The position numbers and the translations under genes were made by a program. Below the pieces are notes generated by a model that was given only the letters and a program-made list of their open reading frames with translations, was not told the origin of the DNA and searched no databases. Shown here piece by piece: positions 39,821-53,962 of a stretch of 64,000 nucleotides of DNA (position 1 is its first letter; every line of letters starts with the position of its first letter). Source of the stretch: Mobula hypostoma (Eukaryota); NCBI RefSeq assembly GCF_963921235.1, contig NC_086112.1:39928001-39992000 (forward strand), read 5' to 3'.

Positions 39821-42800
39821 GTGTGTATATCCATTTTATTACTCTCCTCACCACTGCTGGAGCCAGTTTAACATTTAAAATGAGGGAGATCGGGTGTAAA
39901 GGGATCCACTATTTTGAATTCAAACTTTTAATTTGAAAGTACAGGCATAAATTATTGCTCAATTCAATCTAGCTATTGCGGTTGAATATTGCGTGTGGAT
40001 TCATCTCTGTCCACATTAAGATGGAAAAAAACAATAAAATGTGAATAATTAGAGGGTGCACCTGCTTACTACTTTTACAAAATATTGTCATTCTCACGAA
40101 TATTTAAATTGCGAGTTTCTCTGATGTCAAATGTAACTATTGAAATATCGTGTGCTTTAAGCAAATCATTATATTGTTTAGCAGAGGAATTAAAGACCTC
40201 AGTTTGGTTTGGTTTCCCTAAAGAGCAAAATAATTGTTTGGATTATTATTTACCATTATGATTTCTGTATATGATATACTAAAAGAAGACTGCAAGTAAA
40301 GGAGTTCTTACCTAAAATGTAATCTTTCCTGGTATAATGTGTGCAAATCTGGTAGGATTTAGGTCATTGTGATTTATACACTTAGAATGTGTATTTATTC
40401 CATGATTGGATTTTATAGTCACCAAAAGTATTAACCATAAAAAATAAAAAGCTTGAGCTAATTTAATAAAAGCTATTTTTGCACCGCTCCAGATGTAGTA
40501 AATAATCTTGGTCCCTCTAGCAAAGTACACAACTTACTTGCTCATCATTATTTGCTCTGTTGAAGATGTTTGCATCTGTATCATTGCTTTAATTGCTCAT
40601 GAGTGATCATTGAAAGCATTACCTTAAAATTTGGTGCTGGTTATCATTACATCAGACTTGCACACCTTGTGGTAATACTGTAAACTTTTGAAGTGCAGGA
40701 ACTTAAATGATTGAGGGTGATTGCAATTTCTGAGGTGATTATTATGAATGTGCTAGAATCTGCTAAAAGGGTTCCTAAAGTCACTAAAAAGAAAAACCTT
40801 GTTCCATGAAATAATTGCAAGAAAACAATAAATGATTATCATCCAACACTGAATCTTCGAATTTCAACATTTTATTATTGGTTTAAAACTAAGAAATATT
40901 GTCTTGTGTATTTCAATTGCCTATTTGCTTTTAAGTGTTTTTTCACCTGCAGGGATCTTGTGTAAACAGCTCTGAGCCAAATGGCTACTGCTGCTTCTAT
41001 TTCTAGTTCTTATGTTTAGTTATAGCAGGGACATTGGCCAGCAACTCTTTCATGAATTCTCTGGAGTACTTTAGTGAGGAATCAACAAATAGCAGTCAAT
41101 GATTTACACCACTTTACTAAGAATTCAGTTAGGGTTAGAGTTAGGTTATAGATCTGGAGAGCCCTGTGTATTTTTCAGTCTTTTTTTTTGAAATAGGATT
41201 GAGGTTTTTATCGAGTGGTTATTTTCTTAACCAGTAATCATTGAAACATAATAATTTTAAAGGGGTTGGGGTTGACTCCTGATTCAAAGGATAAATTATT
41301 GTTCAGTATATGATGAGTAAATTTGATTTTGATTTTTTTTCATTGAAGCACTAATTTGTTAACCGCACACAAATAACTCCTTTCAAATACTGCTGACTAA
41401 CGTGACTTTAAATGCAATTATGGTGTAAATATCTGTCTTTTCACCTCTGTAGGTTTGATGCTGTTAGTAAATGGTCTGTCATACTAAAGAGCTGCTATAC
41501 ACCCTGTTAAAGATCAAACTGAGAAATAACTTCATCTCTGTAGCATCTCCTTCGTTTATAACTGTAGCTGGTTCTGGCAAATATATTTTTAAAAATGTTA
41601 ATTAACTTGTCATGTAGCGTTTTTTTAGTGTTCTTTGTGTATGAAGTCTTATTGTTTTGTTAATTTTATCAGAAATACTTTGAAATGCTAATTATTCTAA
41701 ATGCTTTGATTAAAATTCGAATTGCCAAGTGAAGGGTCACTGAATAATCAATCTGAAATGCAGATAGTGCTTCATTTTTCTTGTCTTTTATAAAGGAGGA
41801 AATTGAAACCCACTGATCACTAGTGATAGTAGCATTAGACATGGCTTGATTGTTAGTTGTTTTTTAATGGGCTGTTTTAAGCACTGTTTGGAGCTTGGAT
41901 GACCACATGGAAGATATTGGCAGTTAATTAGATGAGATAGAATAGAAGAGTGACCTTCATTTCTTGCTAATGACCTTTCACAAAGTAGGATGAATCTAAA
42001 CCAGTCATGGAGAATTGTGAATTATGTTTGTTCTGTGCCTTTCACGCTTCATTTCTTCGTATGGTAGATGAATATACTATGCAGTTACATTTTATGATCC
42101 CTCAGGAATGGGGCATTTTGTATGTCAAACTCTACTTTATATATCGACATTGAGGACTTGTGTAGGCAAGTTTAATAGCTGCAGATTAATAATAAGAATT
42201 CATATTTCATCCATTTATGATACCATAGAAGCCTTTTAAATGGAGAAAACTTTAGGCAAAGCTAAAATTGAACCGTTGGTAATTGAATGCTTGTTCTTAG
42301 ACACAAGACTGATTATGGAATCTTGTATGCTGACCTAAGGCTATATCCCATGAAATGGATATAGATCATATGCTCCTGTTATGCACCTTTGAATATATCA
42401 AATAGCAGAACAACAGCCAATGACAACTATGAAGACCAAGAGTGACTATGTGCAAAAACGGAAATAGAATCTTTTGCTGCTCTAATGGTATCTAACATAA
42501 TTCAGAAAAGACAACATAGTCTATTAAAAATATTCTTAGTGCATTGGGAAAGCACAGTGCTTGAATTAAGGTCATATCATCTATGTCATTTAAGAATCCT
42601 TATAACAACTCCTTCAACAATCAAAATCCTGGTTGCTGGGACTGAGCTAATTTGGGGATTAAATTCCGAGCAGCGTTCCCAATGATATAACCAAGGTGCT
42701 GCTGGTACTCTTTCTTAATTTTGAAGACATGTCTACCTCACAACTGGGTGGATGCTGAATGTCCTATTGAATGGCAGTGCCAAAGATTAGTGAAAGGGTG

Positions 42801-44029
42801 TGGCTAGGTAGAATAGAGAATATTAATGTGTTGATTACGCCCAGTCGCACTAGCATCACTGATATGCTTTGAGAAGAAGTGCCCACAAATCTTTATGACA
42901 ACTAGACCTGAGCCCAATTTGGGGAGCTTGACCATGCATCAGGTTTGGTATAAAATGGATTTGAAAAAAAAACAGGTTTAACTCCTCAGACTGGGGAAGA
43001 GTTCAGATTGGCTGTGGTCAAATTGGATTTTTAACTTTGTACTTGAGCATATTTCCAGTCTTTCAGCTTAAACCAGCTAGATTGCACCATAATCCTTTCA
43101 GATGTTCAATGATGAAATCACTACAAAGAGATGGTTTATGTTTTCTTGGATTTATGCTAATTAATTATTGGTTCAGAAGTGACTCTGCATACCATGACCA
43201 TCATGGATGCTGATTTGCTCCCCATTTGGAGTGCATATTTTTGATGCAACTTGTACTGACCTCCATCTTGAGGTGATCATCAACACGTGTTAGACTTGCA
43301 TACTGGAAATTTGCACCATATGTGGATTATGATGCCAGCCACAGTGCTCATTCCATGCCATTCTTCACTAATTAGCCGCAACTTCAGGAGTTAATTTGTG
43401 TTCAAATCGTTTGTAGTCTAATCTGATAAGAAGAAAGACACCTAGTCACCACCTCTGTTCCTTTTCTCAACTTTTCTGCCTTCTAGAATATTTCAGTAAA
43501 TCATTTGTTAAGTACGTCGCAATGAGATTGATGTAGCAGCTAATTCAGCTGTAGTGAGGACATCCTGTCAAAAATGTACCATGTGATGTAGCCAGAATTG
43601 TTACTGCGAGCAGAACCAGTTTTATTAACGTAATCATCTCCGTTAAAATTTATGGCTCTGGATTTTTTTTTGTCCCTCTCCTATATATGTAGAATTCATT
43701 TGCCTCTCCTAAATAGGCAGCCCTGGGCTGCTTAGGCCTGTAGCCTTGCCAGAATGGTGAACACCACCGTGGAGCAGAGCAATGTGGATTGTACTTGTAC
43801 TGCAATGTGGTTAACTCTTAACTGCACCAGGACTGGAAGAGGCTCCATTCACCCAAGGTACATTTCAGTTGGAAGGAAGAGGACGGGCAACATAGCCTTT
43901 AAAGGAATATAGGAATGGAGAAATTGGCTGATCATGTTTTCCTCCGTAGATGCTGCCTGATTTGATGAGTTTCTCCAGTGCTTTATGCTTTGCTTCAGAT
44001 TCCAGCATCTTGGTCTCATGAGTCTCTAT

Positions 44030-44620
44030 AACGATGGAGAGATTTGGGTACATGTGCACAATCATGGAAAGTGGGAGGTTGTGCAAGTAGTCATATGCAT
44101 GTAAGATCTTGGGCTTTATTAATGAAGGCAATGCAAACACAAGGAAGTAATGATGAGTTGTTAGATACTGTAACTCCTGATTCAGCCACAGTGGATGTTG
44201 TGACCAGACTTGTCACCACATTTAGCAAGTCGGGCCTTTCAGAGTTATTCAAGGGATTTACTAGGGTGGTACCAGAGAAGAGTGGTTATATTGTATTATT
44301 CCCTAGAGAACCCAGGATTGTACTCCGTTGGATACAGGAAATTGCAAAGGGATCTCTACGAGAGAGATTTAAAATCAGTACGGGCATGGATAGTGTAAAT
44401 GGAGAGAAATTGTTCCCACTGGAAGGGGATCAAGAGAGAAGCAGAGTGAAGGTGATTAGCAAAAGTACATAAGGAAAGATTTTTACATGCAGTGAATAGT
44501 TATAATCTGTAGTGGAGGCAAATTCAGTCGCAATGCTCAAAAGGGAAGTAAAAAGTACTTTAAGGGAGCAAAATCTTGTGGGGTTATGGAGTGAGTCATC
44601 AACTGGATTACTTTTACAAG
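44030..44620 (+). mobile_element. Old CR1 3' fragment
   Basis: RDLGTC..., FTRVVP and FKISTGMDSVNGEKLFPL motifs. Confidence 0.6.
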
Positions 44621-47600
44621 TGCTTCAAATGGCAAGTGGTCTTCAGTCTGACCATACTCAGAGCTTCATGATTGTTACTCCCTGGTATCCAGGAGGTAGT
44701 CAAGATACATTTTATTCAAATTTGAGCTGCTGCTACTCCCATTGCCAAGTTAAGGTGTAATTTAGATACAGGATGCTTCTATTCCTCCTCATTGCCTGTG
44801 ACACTTAAGGCATCAGTCCTGCACTGAAAAATGGATAAATCTTCTCTCACCCATGTTCTCTGGTCTCTTCTCACAATCTTCTGGAATGACTTCATCATTT
44901 ACTGCAGCTATAATGCATCTTAATATTTTTAAGCACCACTTTGAAGCCTTGAATTGGGGTTAGCCACTGACAAAATTTGCCTTTCTGGAGACATATTAAA
45001 GCAATCAACAGCTGGTTGGTTTAATGTCCTTCTGTGGTTGTTGATACATTTCTAGGTCCAGCTAGGCTCTCTTGATTATAAACATTGCATCAAAATTGGT
45101 TATCTCTCAGTTTCATTAATTAAAAACTATAAGGTATAAATTAATACCATACCTTGTTATGTGGAAGTCTTTGATTTCAAAATAATGTGATCTATAGGTT
45201 GATACAAATGTAGTAATAAAGTCCAAAAGTGCTTCCTAGGCATTGAAGTGTTTTTTTAAAGAATGTAGTTGTTATAATGTGGCAGACAATTTACACACAC
45301 AGCAGGTTATTCACACACAGCAGTTTCCCATAAACAGCAATGAAACATTGAGTAGAAAATGTGTTTCTTTTTACAATGGCATTAGTCATTATTAATGGTT
45401 GTTTCACTTCACCTTTTGGTACAACAGTAAAACTTAGGCACCCATTTTAACCTTGCACTGTTGTGATCTAGCTGCAGATAGAAGATTTTAGGAAAACTAT
45501 AATTTTGTTTCAGAATTTACTTTTTAAGTAATCTTTTTCAGTGAATTGTTCCCTGTAAAGCAATAATTTTATTGGGTAATGACTGTATGTCTGATTGCAT
45601 TGTGATTGGGAATGTCAAATTTGACAGCTTGAACTGTAATACTAAAAGTTATGGAAGGAAATTGATTAAAATGATGAGGCTTTGATGCTGACGAAGCAAT
45701 TCAATTGGACCATGTCTCTCCTGCAGGTTAAGTAAGATACAGAATTAAACTTGAATGCTCTGAACCATCCTTTCTATTGATTTGAGGTAGACTGCAATGA
45801 GGTGATTTCATTTTGTAAACATTGTTGGTAGTACCTGCTTGCTGGTATAAAAATTGCATGAACTTTACCTTCTGAATATTACAAAGTGAATTCATTAAGA
45901 TGAATTATACATTTCAAAATGCTTTATTTCGCATTACATTTTGGAGGTTCTGAGGCTATGCTTTAATCTTGAGTGCTCATGTAAAGATATTAATATAGGA
46001 AGTCATTTTAAAGTTTGATGTGCTTTCATATTAATGCATATTAATTATTTATATCTGTTGGAATTATTTGATTTAAACCTTAATTTTTGCTAGTCCGTTA
46101 TGTGATCCACTTTAGAGGCTCGTTTGAATATATTTTTGGAAGTGCTGAGATTGCAAGTCAGGAGAAATAATTAACAAATAAAAATTGTAGGACGAAACCC
46201 TACCTGTTTATTTGTATGTAAAACACAAAAGCATAAGTGAAAACCCATTCTAATGCTAATTTCACTAAGTTTATTGGCAAGAATTTATGACTCTAAAATT
46301 AACTACTTTGTCCCAGTTATAGACTTATCCATCATTTATCCAATGGTATGATAAGTTGGGTAGTTCTTGGTTTTGGTGCATCAACAAACAGGGATTAGGG
46401 AGGCCGGGTTGGAGAAATTTAAATTAAAATATACTATTCTTCCAGTGCAAAGTTTCAAAATGATTCCGTTAGAAATCATCAACCTTAATATCAGGTTTCA
46501 AGATTTCAATGTCTGGCCCAGAAATAGTAACTACTTTTGTGATCTGAGCTGTATTTTCCTGAGCCTGCTGTATATGAACTCGGCTGTTGAAGGTGATTGC
46601 CTCCCGGGATGCATACTCAGCAGGTTTTGTGTTTGATATCCTATCAGTGTTCATTTCTCAGAGCTGCTGTTTGATGCCTCAGTCACACGTTGACGTTCTT
46701 AACTTGGGTCTCGGCAGTAATGCGATAAATGTTTGTAACTTAGAAATCTGGAACGTGCTGCTTTTAGCTTTTTTTCTCTACATCAGATGGTGTGATTTTC
46801 AAAATGAAAATATGGGACATATGCCATCTTCTTCTTAAAAATTAGGGGTGTGACCTAGCCAGCTATTTTTTTAAATACAACCTGTTATGGTCAACCCACT
46901 TGAAGACTTAAAGTAGTGGATGCCCATTTTGTTGTAGGGATTAAGAATGCTGTATAGAAATTTCAGTTCCATTATATACAAATTAATTTTTATTATGTGC
47001 TTTCTCCATTAACTCTAATCTGGTGATGCAGTGGTCAATAACCAGATTGCAGAGTTGGTAAGAGTGTGCCCCCTTGGCTTTCCTCGGCCCAGTGCTGTCA
47101 GTTGGAACCATGACATATTCAGTACTGGTGGGGAGGGTTTGTTGTGGGCCCACCCGTAAGTTCAGATGTGGATGGCCCATACTGTGGCAGATGAAGCTGA
47201 CTCTAGACTGAAAGCTTGTAACAGAGAAACTGCTCAGTGTTCTTCTGAGATAATCCATAAGCATAGGCAGCTTGACACCGACTACAAGTACAGTCCAAAA
47301 GTGGCTCTGGTACAAATGCTATCACCAGCTCATTTGACAATGAAATGGAGCCTGGATTGTTGCATTAAGATTGTGTGGTATAAATAGGGATGGGTGGGAA
47401 CCCAAGGAACAAAGCAGAACCATTACATGCCATCAAAAACCGGGTACACTCACATCCTCTGTATCTGGACATCATCCGAAATTATGATTGGCATCAATGA
47501 TATATCACCTTTATTGGCATACTGTTTTAATATAGAAGGTTATTTTAGCCCAATTGTTATAGAGTAAAACACACTCTGCCTCTGTTCAAACAGGGCTAAG

Positions 47601-48108
47601 TATCAGCTTTCAAAATTGTTTTTCTGACTGGCTTTGAAACCTGGGTAAGAGGATCGAATCCTACTTATGTTTGTGTACCTTGTCAGAGCTTATTGAATCA
47701 GAGCTCTTGGTGTCTTTTTTCATTTAGCCAAGCAAGAAATCACCAGCAAGCTTCTCCATATGGAGGTGGTCAGCAAGGTAACCAAAGAAACTGGACCTCA
47801 AGAAGGTAGAGGTCCCTAGATCATACCTGCTGCTCAGATGAATAGGACCTTGATACCGCTGAATATGGATTACTCACAGGAAAAGCTAAATAAATTTATA
47901 CCTTAATATACAGGTTTCTTTCATCTCATTCTCCAATGTGTGTGTGTGTGTGTTGCTTCTTCAAATTTCGTGAATGTTGTAGCTTCCCAGATTTCTGCCC
48001 ATCCTAATCAGGACACCTTGTTTGTTTAAATTAAGCCATCTCTATCAGCAAATGCCTTCTTTTCCTGTATTGTTTCCTGTGCTTGTCACCTCTAATCTTG
48101 GCCTTTCT

Positions 48109-49668
48109 TTTTTTTTAAATTTTATTTTTATTTGGATAAGGAATTCACAAATATCATGTACATTTTTCACACGTATAACCTTTTCCATTTTTTTATATGT
48201 ATAAAACTATAATTATTTATACATTCTTAAGTACACATTGAGATGATATAAAAGGAAATTAGACACTTAAATAGATAATTATGTACTGTGGTAATTCTAA
48301 TCTATTAGGCTAAGTAATGGTATTAGTTGTTAAGAAAAATAGTAATAATAGTTTCCATGTAACTCTTCTGGACCATTTCCACTGGTCCAAAATGTTGTAT
48401 CTAAGCCCATGTAACAACCATTGTAGGTGTTTATATCCTAATTTGTTCATGCTTGCTCCTGCCCGCAGACATAATTATCCAATCCCTATGTACTTATTTA
48501 CTTAATTTTTTCATTTTTTATCCCTTTCCCAAATCTTTCCCTTTACTTGTGTTAATTCTCTGTTTTCCAAAAGAAAACAAAAAAAAAGACATTTAGACTA
48601 GGAGTGCTTACGTTAGCAATATTACTGTGTTGATGAGAAGAGCAGTATAAATCATTAGGAGAGTCATCTAAAGTCTGCTCGCATTGAGGTTATATATTCA
48701 ATCCATTTATTCCAGATTTGATAAAATTTTTCTTTTTGAACTCTCAGGGAGTAAGTCAACTTTTCCATTTTAAATATTTCCAAGATAATTTCGTGCCAAT
48801 CTTCTAATGTAGGTGGTATTGGATTTAGCCACTTTCTAGTGATTGATTTCTTACTTGCCGCTAAGAGGGCCTGCAGCAACTTTAGATCTTCCTTCTGTTC
48901 AAGAAACAATACATGCCCCAAATAGAGCGTCTCAAAGTTCAGAGGTATCTGGGACCTAAGTACCTTAACTAATGTTCTATGAATACCTTCCCAATATAGA
49001 CTTAATTTAGGGCAATCCCAGAAAATATGAAAATGATTTGCCTCCTTGGAGCCGCACCTTCTCCAACATGTCACGTTTGTATCTTTATATTTTTCCTGAT
49101 ATGGGGTCTTGAAGTATCTTATAATGTTTTTCCAACAATGTTCTCTCCAAGTCAAAGAATTAGTCGAGGACCATTGAAAGCTGCAGATTTTCCCCCAAGC
49201 CTCCTCTGAAAGTACCAACCCCGCTTCTTTCTCCCACTTCTCTTTAATATACAGTGTATTTACATTTTTAGCATGGGAGAGTGCATTATATAATCGAGAA
49301 ACTGATTTACTAGGTATTGAACTGCAAGCCGAATTCAGAATCTTGAAAAATTCTAATTCTACTGTTGATAGGTCTATATATCTACAACTCTGGTTAACAT
49401 AGTTTCGTACTTGAAGGTACCTAAAAAAAGTTGTTGTGTTCTAGGCCATGTTTGTCCTGCAGGATTTGGAAACTTTGTAATACTCTTTTATCTATAAATG
49501 AGAGGTAGGTTGTAAGACCTTTCTTTATCCATAGCTCAAATCTTTTATCTCCTCTGTTGGGAAGGAATTCGGTATCATATGCACACCATCTAAAGAGTTT
49601 TAACATGTTATTAATTCCACATGAATTAACCACCTTCTGCCATACTTTTAATGTAAGATTTATCCAAC
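48109..49668 (-). mobile_element. 5'-truncated L1/Tx1-clade LINE
   Basis: ORF2 C-terminal frames (49421-49668, 48664-49218) with CWRRC...HFHIFWDC; poly-T at left; similar flanks tggcctttct / tggccctttct. Confidence 0.9.
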
Positions 49669-52600
49669 TGGCCCTTTCTTTTCTTATTTGCAAGCTTCTG
49701 TCACCAACGTTATCACAAATCACTGTATCAGTTTCTATATGTATGCTGATGTTGCCCCATCTTTACCTTTTCTTCTTGGCACCTCCACTTGGTCTAACGT
49801 GTCAGACAGTAAGGATCGGGTAGACTGAAACCACCGGATTGAGTTCCAATCATAAACACCATTCCCTCCACTAATTCTGATTAGCACCCTGGCTGTTATC
49901 TGAAATTGAACCGACTGTTTGCAGTCTTCATTGTTTTAAAAAAAAACCTTAAGGACTCACATTGTCAATTTAAAATTTAAGCCAAGTTGTTCAATTCTTA
50001 ATATTCAAGTTTTGGAGGAGTTATTGCTGCCTATTTCTGTCTTGGGAACATTTACTAACTGTGTTCAATACTGAAATCCTCACCCACACCTTTGATAGCT
50101 CTGGCCACTGAATAAAGTCCTCTAAAACTCTTGCTTTTCTGCTTACTCTTACCAGATCCCATTAGCTTTCTCCTCTTGTACTCAGTCACTTGTACCAGCC
50201 CTCAGAACATCAATGCCTTCTGATGGATATTTCCAGACCATTTCTGAGGTCCAATTCTGTAGCCGCCTATGTTTTTGTATTTCTCTGCCACTGGCCCTTG
50301 AGTAGCTGTGCCTTCAGCTGCCAAGGTCTTTTGTGATGAATGGTCTCTCTAAACATCAATGCTCACTGATCTTTCCTACATCAATATCTTCCTCAGAACA
50401 AGCTCCTGGCTCATATCTGTCCTAAAATTTATGGAGCATTGACCTCTTAAGACTGATCAAAGTTGTTAACCCTATAAATGATAAATGTAATCGAGTAATG
50501 TAATATTTTCACTGCAAGTTATCCCAAGATCTTGTGATATCAAAGAAATTATAAATTGTGAAACATGAGCACGTTATTCTAAAATTGATGTTGTCTTTTT
50601 TCAAATGGGACTTCAGACATATATTCTTGCACGATTTGAAGCTGCGGTGTGTAGTGCAATGGGTTAAGTGGACTAATGATCTTGTAAGATGACTTTAAAA
50701 ATTGCACAGTGTTATCTAGGGAAATTAAAATCCATTAATAAAATGATTCGGGAATATCAAAAAGTTAGCTGCAGAACTGGTGACTGTTTTAAAAGCTCAT
50801 CTAATTTAGCAACGTCCTTTAGGAAAGTAAGTCCTCAATCAGATTGGGGAAAAAATGGTTCAGATTAATTACCTTTTCTATTTCCTTCAAATTAATTTTG
50901 TTGTAAGATTACCAAAAAACATTAACTATTTTTTAGTATAAATACTGATTTAGTCATTGTATGAGAAGACGGTTATTATCTGAAAATTGACAGTATCTTA
51001 AATAATATAGATCATAAACTACAGATTAAGTGTGGTTTCCTACTAACTCAAGTGGAAGCCATTTTAATGGAAGGTTTTTACAAAGTAAATTGCTTCTGTC
51101 CTGTCTGAGAATGCTTATTTACAATTCTCTGAAAAGGATTGTAGTTAAGATTGTTACAGTCAATCCTGAAAATTGATACTGTGGCCCTGCACTCCAAAGG
51201 GAGCCACTATTTTCGGCTGTTAGAACAGAAATGACGTGAAACCTAGTATGTATGTCTGGGATGTGCTAAGTGTCAGGGGGAGTTGTTGCATTTGCAACTG
51301 GACTCCAAAGGGTCCTCAATTGGGGTGCACCCCCAACTTCAGTGGCGGATGACAGCCAGCTGTAAATGGTAGGCCCTCTATCCAGCTCAGGATCGTGCGG
51401 AGAAAACAGGAGGAAATGCTGAGCAGTGGTCTGGGCACAGAACGATGTGACTCAATGCTCTTTTTTTGATATAACGGCTATTAGTTTAAATTAATTTTGA
51501 TTTTTGACCAGAAGAGAAATGTTCACTGTCACTAATAATCACAGATCATACCTCACAATATCAGTCACTTTGGATTCCTTTATTTTTTCCAATTTTCAAA
51601 AACTCCAGGAGATTGGAGCTGATCTGATGCATGATATCCAATGTTGCCTTGTCGTTTGCTATAATGGCAAGATTGATCTGTATTTCTTATCTCTATTTTA
51701 AAAGTTAATATATTTGCAAAGGGATGATTAAAGTTTTATATGTTTGAGGTTTTAATGTAGGCTGCATATCTAAATCAAACTTTTTTTACTTTTCTAAACA
51801 TTGAGTAAAATTAGTGTTTTGCCAAGCCAATCATTCACATTAATTGCATAATCACTGAGCAAGTCAGGAAGAGACTAATTTGACTAGTGCCTAGACATTA
51901 GAATGTATATTGCTTCTAATCTGTTTAATATGTCCTGTCCAAATGAGAAATATCGTCCATATTAAAATGTTATGGAAGTGGAAACTCCAGGCATGAGCTA
52001 CTGATCCTAGGCATTATACAGTTAAAGCAGTCTGAAGTAGTGGGGGAAATCCTGCTCAGTTGTACAAAGTGGCTGTGGAAAGCATGAAGAGAGCTGTTAT
52101 AGCATCTTGTGTTGACATGGTTCTGACATTACACATGCACTTGGTGTAAGAATAAGGTATTAACCATTGGAATCAAACCAGCTGTTTGACTAAATGGAAT
52201 TCCAGTCATGAAAGTTCTATAAAGCTGGCAGCTTCAAAGTTTGAAACAGCTTGCAGGAATGGTTATTGACTATATTTTCCTTTACATTTTTTAAGCTTGA
52301 AAGTTTTCATATAATATAGGTGTAAGTACATTAAAAGTTAGGGTTTTTCATTCAATATTATTACACTTAATCTTGATAACATTTTCTATTAGCTTTTGAA
52401 TGTTTCTCTAAGCAGTACATGCTCATATGCCGTGTTTTCCTCTTGTACTAGGATTTGTATTCTTGACCAGATAGCTGGTAACATGAGGTCACAAATTTTA
52501 GAAAACGTTGGCTGCAGCAAAGAGGAATAAGAAAGTCCTTTTACGTAATGAAGCTATAATGATCTGGATTGCATCTTTTGAAAGGGAACACAATACTTAA

Positions 52601-53146
52601 AGCTGTTGTTTTATAAAGGGTAGGGCAGTAGGGAGAGGGCACTAGGGAATCTCTTTCAATAGTTTAGTCTTTGATATAGGATCATATCATATGAATCGAA
52701 AAACTTTGTATACATAAGAATTTTTTTTGGTTTACTTCCTTTGGTTATGTGTGGCTTTTATCAGTTGTCATTCACTGAAGTCCTTTTAAATAAGGTATTC
52801 TTCAAGCCCTGCAGGAATAGAGATGACCCTTTCATTACTGTATAGGTCATGGAAGTACTTTCATAGTTGTAATGAGTAAAAAGGGAATTATTATATCATA
52901 AATTACTCTGGATCTACTTTGCTTTAAGTGGATTGAGTCAACTTGAAATCTCAGGCTAGTTTATTAATATTAATAAATTAGCTGATTTTGCTTTGGTCAT
53001 TATAATTGGCCTCTGTCTCTTATGAATAGTGTAGCGAAAGAAATTGGGGTTGATGGTTCCATTTTGCATTTGTGAACTCTGCTAGAAGAATCGGGGGCGG
53101 GGGAGGTGTCCTCTTCTATCAAGGGCAACTTGTGATCTGTTCAATC

Positions 53147-53962
53147 TTCAAAAGTTTCAAAGGTACATTTAATGTCAGAGAAATGTATACAATATACATC
53201 CTGAAATTCTTTTTCTTCACAAATATCCACGAAAACAGAGTGCCCCAAAGAATGAATGACGGTTAAGTGTTAGAAACCCAAAGTCCCCCCCCCAGTTCTC
53301 TCCATCCACACGTAAGCAGCAGCAAAGCAATGACCCCCCCTCCCTCATCAGCAAAAAATCATTGGCACCCCCCCCAACCGAGCACTCAAGCGTGTAGCAA
53401 AGCATCCATATAGGCACAGACTTGCAGTACCCCAAAGACTACTCGTTCACCCAGTAATTCGACATACCAGCAAGAGAAAAAGGGTTGTCCCTGTTTCACA
53501 GCGAGAGGGGAGACATAACAAACAGCTCGCTGATTTATGATGTTAAAAGTCTGTTGTGTCACTTCTTCCCAGTTCTGTGCCCAAAGAACTCAGGTCTCTG
53601 GACACACAGCCAGCAGCCAGCTTGCTGCTTTCGATCTTCCGTCTCCCACAACACCAGTTTCCTGCAGCGGCGCCGACCTTGATTCTGCCCACCTCCAGAG
53701 CCCCAAAATCCCAGAACCTCGAAGGCACGCTAGTCTTCTAGGCTGCGTCCTTGGCATATCGAATAGCGGCCAGTCGTGAGACCCGGAGAGGGTCCCATTC
53801 CAGCAAAGAACCGAAGTCAGCATGTAACTCTGGGTCAGGGTCTTCAAAAAAAGCCCTGAAAGGGAAAAATAGAGATATTAAAGTTAGAAATATAGCTGTT
53901 TCTGAAAATGCAAGCAAAGGAGTTGCCATAAGGTGCCCTCGTTCTCCTAAGCTCCTCCTCCT
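53147..53962 (-). mobile_element. Non-autonomous retroelement with (tttgaa)-type tail; same family as 23748-24020
   Basis: Internal homology within this window; CpG-rich 5' half; no recognisable protein. Confidence 0.7.

Noticed and set aside
41127-41148. Interstitial telomere-like gttagggttagagttagg
   Set aside because: Only about three imperfect units; compatible with chance or SINE-derived sequence.
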